Shown here: piece after piece, positions 58,557 through 64,000 of the stretch
Layout of the letters: each line of letters opens with the position of its first letter
Position numbering within the stretch: the first letter of the stretch is position 1
Assembly: GCA_016932045.1 (NCBI GenBank)
Contig: JAFGDO010000001.1
Span: 1,014-65,013, forward strand
DNA: 64,000 bases
Direction: 5' to 3'
From: Candidatus Dojkabacteria bacterium
GTDB taxonomy: Bacteria > Patescibacteriota > Dojkabacteria > JAHIVN01
The notes under the pieces: generated by a model
Told to the model about the DNA's origin: nothing
The model's database searches: none
The model's input: the letters and a program-made list of their open reading frames with translations, nothing else
Made by a program: the position numbers and the translations under genes

Positions 58557-59582
58557 ATGGTAAAGAGCAATAGGTACAAAATTCCTAAATACTCTGAAGA
58601 TCAGAGTATTTCAATTGGTAGAAACAACCTATATAAGATACGATCGGGCAAAGGAAAGCTTGTATTTACCGGAGCCTACATACATCTTGCACCAATTTGC
58701 AACTTTAGATGCAAAGGATGTTTTACTCATATGGGTAAATTACCCACACAAAGACTTGCGTATAAAGAAATAAAGTATATTGTGGATTTTGCAAAGGGAA
58801 GAGGAGCAGAATCAATAGTTTTTGCTGGAGCAGGTGAGCCAACACTGGACCCCGAGTTTGACCGGATCTGTAACTACATCTCCTCAAAAAAGCTAAATAT
58901 TGTTCTTTTTACCAACCTGACAACTTTGAAAACAAAAGAACAAGCAAAAAAATACTTAAAATCAGGACCTGTTATTGGGAAACTATATTCTCTCAATGAA
59001 GAAAAATACAACAAAATCACTAGTTGTAAGGGAGCATACAAGTCTGCACTCAAAGGATTAGAATTCCTGCTAAACGCAAAGAAAGAATTGGAAAAACCCG
59101 AAGTAACACTTGCAATAGACTCATATATTAGTAGAGATAATTATAAAGATCTTCCAGACCTACTCAGATTCTGTAGGAAAAAAGACATAATTCCATACTT
59201 TGAAGCATTTATAGAGCTTGGACAAGATAAAAAAATAGTTAAGAAATTAGCATTAGGTGGAAAAGAACTGGCTGAATTATTCTTAGAGCTTCAGAGAATT
59301 GACAAAGAGGAATTTGCTATATCTACTCAGATTCATCCATGGAGTAGAAATTATGGTCAGGATAGATGTAGAAAAGCAACACACATGTTTTCTGTAAGGG
59401 AAAATGGGGATATCTGTATATGTGTTTGTACTGAAAGGAAAGTGGGAAACATCTCTGATTGCAAGAACCCATACGAGAGTCTCGAAAGCACCTTTTCCCT
59501 ACCAGCCAAACATCTCCTCCAATATCTTATCTGTGATAACTGCTCCAAAACCATAAACCCCACGTACTTAAATCAGAACTAA
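58557..59582 (+). CDS. Radical SAM enzyme with a SPASM/twitch-like C-terminus
   Basis: CNFRCKGC, GAGEPTL, C..RENGDICIC..CDNC. Confidence 0.92.
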   Translation: MVKSNRYKIPKYSEDQSISIGRNNLYKIRSGKGKLVFTGAYIHLAPICNFRCKGCFTHMGKLPTQRLAYKEIKYIVDFAKGRGAESIVFAGAGEPTLDPEFDRICNYISSKKLNIVLFTNLTTLKTKEQAKKYLKSGPVIGKLYSLNEEKYNKITSCKGAYKSALKGLEFLLNAKKELEKPEVTLAIDSYISRDNYKDLPDLLRFCRKKDIIPYFEAFIELGQDKKIVKKLALGGKELAELFLELQRIDKEEFAISTQIHPWSRNYGQDRCRKATHMFSVRENGDICICVCTERKVGNISDCKNPYESLESTFSLPAKHLLQYLICDNCSKTINPTYLNQN

Positions 59583-59606
59583 TCTTAGAAAATCATTGAG
59601 ATAATA

Positions 59607-60515
59607 ATGAGAACTCTTTTTTGGAACATAACAAATCGATGTAATTTAAATTGCAGATATTGTTACTATAATACTGGAATAGAGAAACGCGTACTTCAAG
59701 AAGCCAATTATTATAAATCGTTGCTTATCATTAATGATATTTCAAAAAACTTCGATAAGATTATATTCACAGGGGGCGAGCCGCTTCTTTATCCAAACTT
59801 GTTCAATCTAATCAAAAAAGTCAAAGAAATGAAATTGTTTGTTCAACTTCTTACTAATGGCGTATTACTTGAAAAATTCTCCAATCAAATTCTAAATTCA
59901 GGAATTGATAAACTTTCCATTTCTCTTGATTCACCAATTACAAAAACTAATGATTATTTACGTGGTAGCACAAGAGTCGTACAAAAAGGAATTCTAAAAC
60001 TAATATCAAATAAAAAACAGGAAACTATAATTGAAATACAACAAACACTAACAAGAAAAAATATTGATTCCCTAGAGCCAATGCTCGACTTCTGTAAAGG
60101 CCACGACCTTAGTCTATGGATTAATCCAGTAGATATAAAACCCTGTAGTTCAACAGAAGAATTGTCTCTTTTAAATTTATCAGAAAATACAGCGAGAAAG
60201 TTAAAAGAGAATATAAAAAAGTGGTTGAAATTAAATCAAAATGAGAAAAATAAGATTTATGCCGATAGTATAATGGCTTTAATCAAAATGAGAAAGCCTC
60301 AACAAAAAACGTGTAATATGGGAATTAACAATTTTGTACTCGATCCTGAAGGAAATGTTTATCCATGTTTCTTAAGAAAAGACATTTTTCTTGGAAATAT
60401 TTATAAGAATAAACTCAAAGATATTATTCATAATCCTTTACTAAATAGGCACAAAATAGAACTTTCTAGTGCTTCATGTCTCCAGCTTGGATGCCTTTGT
60501 TTGACTTTATTATAA
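59607..60515 (+). CDS. Radical SAM enzyme with a SPASM/twitch domain
   Basis: CNLNCRYC, FTGGEPLL, TNG, SISLDS, CNMG..DPEGNVYPC..LGNI..C. Confidence 0.93.
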   Translation: MRTLFWNITNRCNLNCRYCYYNTGIEKRVLQEANYYKSLLIINDISKNFDKIIFTGGEPLLYPNLFNLIKKVKEMKLFVQLLTNGVLLEKFSNQILNSGIDKLSISLDSPITKTNDYLRGSTRVVQKGILKLISNKKQETIIEIQQTLTRKNIDSLEPMLDFCKGHDLSLWINPVDIKPCSSTEELSLLNLSENTARKLKENIKKWLKLNQNEKNKIYADSIMALIKMRKPQQKTCNMGINNFVLDPEGNVYPCFLRKDIFLGNIYKNKLKDIIHNPLLNRHKIELSSASCLQLGCLCLTLL

Positions 60516-60535
60516 ACTTGCAGTCCAAATGGGTA

Positions 60536-60564
60536 TTGACCCCCTTTGTTTTACATGCTATACT
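60536..60564 (+). promoter_or_regulatory. sigma70 promoter with extended -10
   Basis: TTGACC, 17 nt, TATACT preceded by TG. Confidence 0.6.
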
Positions 60565-60610
60565 TCAATGAGTTATCATCCACTACTATATTATTTTTTA
60601 AAATAATACT

Positions 60611-60826
60611 ATGACAACAAAGAATACAAGGCCACGAAGGGGTTTGGGACTTGGGAGAGGTTTAGGCAGAGGCGGAGCAAGTGCAGGAAGAAGAGGACTT
60701 GGGGGTACAGCTGAATGTGAGTGCCCGAAATGCGGAAATAAAGAGCCCCATACAAGAGGAATCCCTTGTTCACAGATCAAATGTCCGAAGTGTGGCACAC
60801 CAATGCGAGGAGCATTCTGCAGATAA
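60611..60826 (+). CDS. Small Gly/Arg-rich, Cys-rich metal-binding protein (DUF134-associated type)
   Basis: GRGLGRG repeats; CECPKCG..HTRGIPC..KCPKCGTPM. Confidence 0.8.
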   Translation: MTTKNTRPRRGLGLGRGLGRGGASAGRRGLGGTAECECPKCGNKEPHTRGIPCSQIKCPKCGTPMRGAFCR

Positions 60827-60916
60827 TTTGTTATTGAAGGGGACCAGATATATCTGGTCCCTACTGCAGAAATATGATACCATTCCTTATGTTTATAAAT
60901 TTTTATATTTTTAAAC

Positions 60917-61201
60917 ATGCGCCACAGAATACGTAGAATGCTAGGATACAATTTCAGAGATTACTATTTCAAACCACGTGGTATTCCTCTAACACAGCTT
61001 GATGAAATAGAGATAACTGATGAGGAATTAGAAACACTTCGCCTAAGATTCATCAAAAAACTGGATCAGCAACAGGCAGCAAAAACAATGAAAATCTCCC
61101 AAAGCCAGTACCAGCGTGATATCACAAAAACCATGGAGAAGATAACTAGAGCTCTTATCGAGGGAAAAGCTTTGCTAATCAGAAATAAAATAAGAGCATA
61201 G
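60917..61201 (+). CDS. DUF134 (UPF0251) HTH protein
   Basis: YFKPRGIP..EELETLRL..QQQAAKTMKISQ..ALIEGKAL. Confidence 0.92.
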   Translation: MRHRIRRMLGYNFRDYYFKPRGIPLTQLDEIEITDEELETLRLRFIKKLDQQQAAKTMKISQSQYQRDITKTMEKITRALIEGKALLIRNKIRA

Positions 61202-61243
61202 GACAATTTCAACCATCCGACCAAACACCACACGGCTATGTAA

Positions 61244-62932
61244 CTATGTATTTATAGTAGTAGAATTACTACCTGGTTCATTTGCACTAGTCGAATTTGT
61301 CCCCCCCATATTCACTCCGACTGATTCCGGATGAGTTTCTCTATTTTCTGTAAGCGAGCTCCCTTCATGACTAGCAGATTTCTCACTACCAGTCTTTTTC
61401 TTTTTTGTCTTCACTAAAATTAAAACAACAACTATGAGGATAGTCCCGGCCACAATCACTACCGCAACAGTGAAAACCACAAAGTACTTCTGAAAGAAGT
61501 TCCCTTCTTCCTTATCTTCAGTTGTTGATCCTGTGTCCCGAACCTGATCGTCTTTATCCTCGACTGCTTCTTTTGCCCTTACATATCCTCCAACATCAAG
61601 ATTCATCCGTGCAATTCCAAGAACGTCTGTTTCACCTGCATGATTGGGATAAACACCGACGAATTCTACTTTAACTGAAGAAGTCTCGACTTTTTCAAAC
61701 TCGAGTACCTGCTCTTCGGTTGGCAAGTTTTCAAGATTTAGTGTAATTGACGATCCATCAGAGAAAGTTAATTTAAGTGTTTTTGCTGTACTGAATATGT
61801 CATAACGCGAGCCATAAGAAGAACCGTCAAGTGCAAATACAGGTTGAGATATAGCCTGAGTTACGTTTAGAGTATCAACTCTGTATACTGCATCAAATTC
61901 ATATAATACAAATGGCGCCTCGGGTCCGGTTAGATCTGCAAACCACCCATCGCTTGGTCCTTCCTCCTCTTTCTCTGTTCTCAAAAGATTAACAACGTTT
62001 CCTTCCCTCATATAATAAAACCCGAAATCATAGCCTGCTGGAGCTTTTACCTTATCCAACTGAACATCCATGTCTCCTCCTGACACAAGATCTTCAAGTG
62101 ACTCGTCTCTTTGATCCCAGATACCTAAAAGCGAAGGAGCATACGACACTTTAATGTTATCTTCAGGGCCGGGCTCAAGATTTGAGAATTTCCAGACCAG
62201 CTCATTTCCCTCTATTTTAAAACCTTCGTTGTAAGTATCAAACATTGAGCTTGAGATGTCACTTGGGAAGCTGAATATTATCTCTCCCGATCCAATGCTT
62301 CCCGACCAATCAGCTCCAGTCTCCATTATGTAATTAAAAGTTCCGTAAATACTTTTCGGCTCGAACACAAGTCTTGCGTCATATTCAACTTTTATATTTG
62401 TTTCTAAGTTTGCCTTAAAAGTAACCGGGAATTTTATAGCAATCACCTTCTCTTCGGGGAAATTTGGTGTATTCATAAATGAATACATATCATAAACCTC
62501 ATACTCGAAGTCACTTGCTTTATTATCAACATAAACCATAAAATTAATTGCAGGATTCATCTTATCCTCGGGCTTAAAATAGTCAAGATCAATGTAATTG
62601 GCGGGAATAGGAAACATAAGATCCATCACTTCGTCCTTTGAGGAAGTGTTTTTCATCTTAAATTCTGCGCTAACCTGAGCATAATGCCTTACCCACACAT
62701 CGGATTCATTAAAATCGCCTTGGTAAAAGGGACTATCCTTGGTCTCTTCTTGAATGTCATATACAACCTTCTCATAAATCATTTCAACTTTATCTGTTTT
62801 TTCTCCAGGGACGATAATTCCTCCCTCGCTAGGTGCTTCTCCGACATCAGCCGAAGCACCCTTTCTGAATGAAAGACCAAGCAGACACATGAAAAAAGTA
62901 ATTGCAATTGCTACAACAAGTGGTTTTCTCAT
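61244..62932 (-). CDS. Surface protein with DUF4424-like and discoidin-like domains and a C-terminal TM
   Basis: Signal peptide; YIMETGADWSGSIG; KTLKLTFSDG..ETSSVKVEF..VYP. Confidence 0.65.
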   Translation of the reverse strand: MRKPLVVAIAITFFMCLLGLSFRKGASADVGEAPSEGGIIVPGEKTDKVEMIYEKVVYDIQEETKDSPFYQGDFNESDVWVRHYAQVSAEFKMKNTSSKDEVMDLMFPIPANYIDLDYFKPEDKMNPAINFMVYVDNKASDFEYEVYDMYSFMNTPNFPEEKVIAIKFPVTFKANLETNIKVEYDARLVFEPKSIYGTFNYIMETGADWSGSIGSGEIIFSFPSDISSSMFDTYNEGFKIEGNELVWKFSNLEPGPEDNIKVSYAPSLLGIWDQRDESLEDLVSGGDMDVQLDKVKAPAGYDFGFYYMREGNVVNLLRTEKEEEGPSDGWFADLTGPEAPFVLYEFDAVYRVDTLNVTQAISQPVFALDGSSYGSRYDIFSTAKTLKLTFSDGSSITLNLENLPTEEQVLEFEKVETSSVKVEFVGVYPNHAGETDVLGIARMNLDVGGYVRAKEAVEDKDDQVRDTGSTTEDKEEGNFFQKYFVVFTVAVVIVAGTILIVVVLILVKTKKKKTGSEKSASHEGSSLTENRETHPESVGVNMGGTNSTSANEPGSNSTTINT

Positions 62933-63069
62933 CGGCAGTTTAGTAAAAACTTATGTCAAATGTAAGTAATAGATTACAATATATTCAACTATTTCGCAAA
63001 GAATCTTGACATTTAAATCTCTTCCATTCACAATGTTTTCTAGTAGCAATTAATTTTTATCAAAAAAAC

Positions 63070-63756
63070 ATGTCCACGAACCAAACTTCCCAGGAAAAAA
63101 TACAGGATCCAAACACACAAACAAGTGAAGTTAAAAGTAAATCAAGTAATAAGTCCTTACTTATAATTATCTTAATTCTACTCCTGCTTATGCTATGTTG
63201 CGGCTTATCTTTTTGTACTTATGCAGTCATAAAAAACAAGAGAACAGAAAGATGGGGAATATTAAACGACTTTTTTAATTCACTTGAGCAAAATAAAAGT
63301 GAAGAGAGCGAAACAGAGGAAGAAGATGCTAAAGAGGAGGAAGAAACAACCACGCCAGCGGATATATGGGAAGGCCCATCAAGCTGTGTAGCAACGAAAT
63401 TTGACGGCGGGACTTATGATCATGGTGAATCATATACAACCTTAGACGGCTGCGAAACATGTACATGCAATGACGGTGGATGGGACTGTACAGTAAATCC
63501 AGTTTGCATCACAGATCCTACAAGCTGCTATAGAGATGATGCTGAATATGGAAATGGCGCAACATATAACTCTCCAAACGGATGTGAACACTGCACATGC
63601 AATTCAGGAAGCTGGGCTTGTACAATTGAGCTAACTTGCTGTTATTACAACGATACCTATTATGCTAGTGGCTCCTCATTCCCATCAACAGATGGATGCA
63701 ATACATGCACATGCGCAAGCGGCTCAGTCATATGTACAATGATACTGTGCCCATAA
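63070..63756 (+). CDS. Membrane-anchored protein with three VWC/pacifastin-like Cys repeats
   Basis: Three repeats of C..Y..G..(D/N)GC(E/N)xCTCxxGxxxCTxxxxC; TM ending LCCG. Confidence 0.75.
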   Translation: MSTNQTSQEKIQDPNTQTSEVKSKSSNKSLLIIILILLLLMLCCGLSFCTYAVIKNKRTERWGILNDFFNSLEQNKSEESETEEEDAKEEEETTTPADIWEGPSSCVATKFDGGTYDHGESYTTLDGCETCTCNDGGWDCTVNPVCITDPTSCYRDDAEYGNGATYNSPNGCEHCTCNSGSWACTIELTCCYYNDTYYASGSSFPSTDGCNTCTCASGSVICTMILCP

Positions 63757-63867
63757 AACCAGTGATCTAATTAGAGAATCACATAGAAAGTTTAGATCTA
63801 TTTAATCATCTTTATAGCCTCTACCATCCTAAAATGTTATAATAAACATATATATTTTTGAGCAACA

Positions 63868-64000
63868 ATGGAAATTCTCTCCTGGAATGTAAACGGACTT
63901 CGCGCTGTTTACAAAAAGGGGTTTTTAGAATGGTTACATAAAGCAAAGCCAGATATCCTCTGTCTTCAAGAAACTAAAGCACAAGAAGATCAACTTCCAT
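63868..64000 (+). CDS. xth: Exodeoxyribonuclease III (partial, runs off window end)
   Basis: Manual translation [38 protein letters not shown]. Confidence 0.92.
   Translation, partial: MEILSWNVNGLRAVYKKGFLEWLHKAKPDILCLQETKAQEDQLP

Noticed and set aside
59607-60515. Prokaryotic viperin
   Set aside because: It has a SPASM/twitch Cys tail and lacks the viperin NxH motif before the CxxxCxxC and the typical C-terminal motifs.
60611-60826. RiPP precursor for the radical SAM pair
   Set aside because: It has its own promoter and paired CxxC motifs typical of the DUF134-associated metal-binding protein; not fully excluded.
687-62872. Many short ORFs antisense to or nested in longer genes
   Set aside because: They are shadows of well-supported genes with no motifs of their own.

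Overview
Gene-dense, AT-rich bacterial window read with the standard code. AT-rich leaders without obvious Shine-Dalgarno sites, many membrane-anchored surface proteins, a small GIY-YIG nuclease and palindromic intergenic elements suggest a Patescibacteria/CPR genome, possibly Dojkabacteria-like (inference only). Housekeeping and metabolic genes include galK, msrB, trxB, gnd plus an FGGY kinase, yidD, feoAB, an M16 peptidase pair, a COG2403/ArcE-type enzyme and a partial xth. The features that stand out are: (1) a tRNA-Glu(TTC) locus at about 3.87-4.90 kb with three broken 5' copies and one broken 3' copy of the tRNA, each cut by short palindromic insertions, around a stand-alone GIY-YIG nuclease; (2) a 1956-aa surface protein that joins an M23 peptidase after removing one base, followed by a two-repeat membrane protein with an in-frame amber codon at a Trp position, next to a REP-flanked RAYT; (3) two convergent operons (11.9-13.3 kb and 20.4-13.3 kb) sharing a near-identical 11-4-11 operator, probably an ArsR regulon; (4) an AAA-like/OmpR-wHTH regulator coupled to a divergent nucleotidyltransferase and facing two radical SAM genes across phased GTCA repeats. 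All family calls come from reading motifs by eye; no searches were run.
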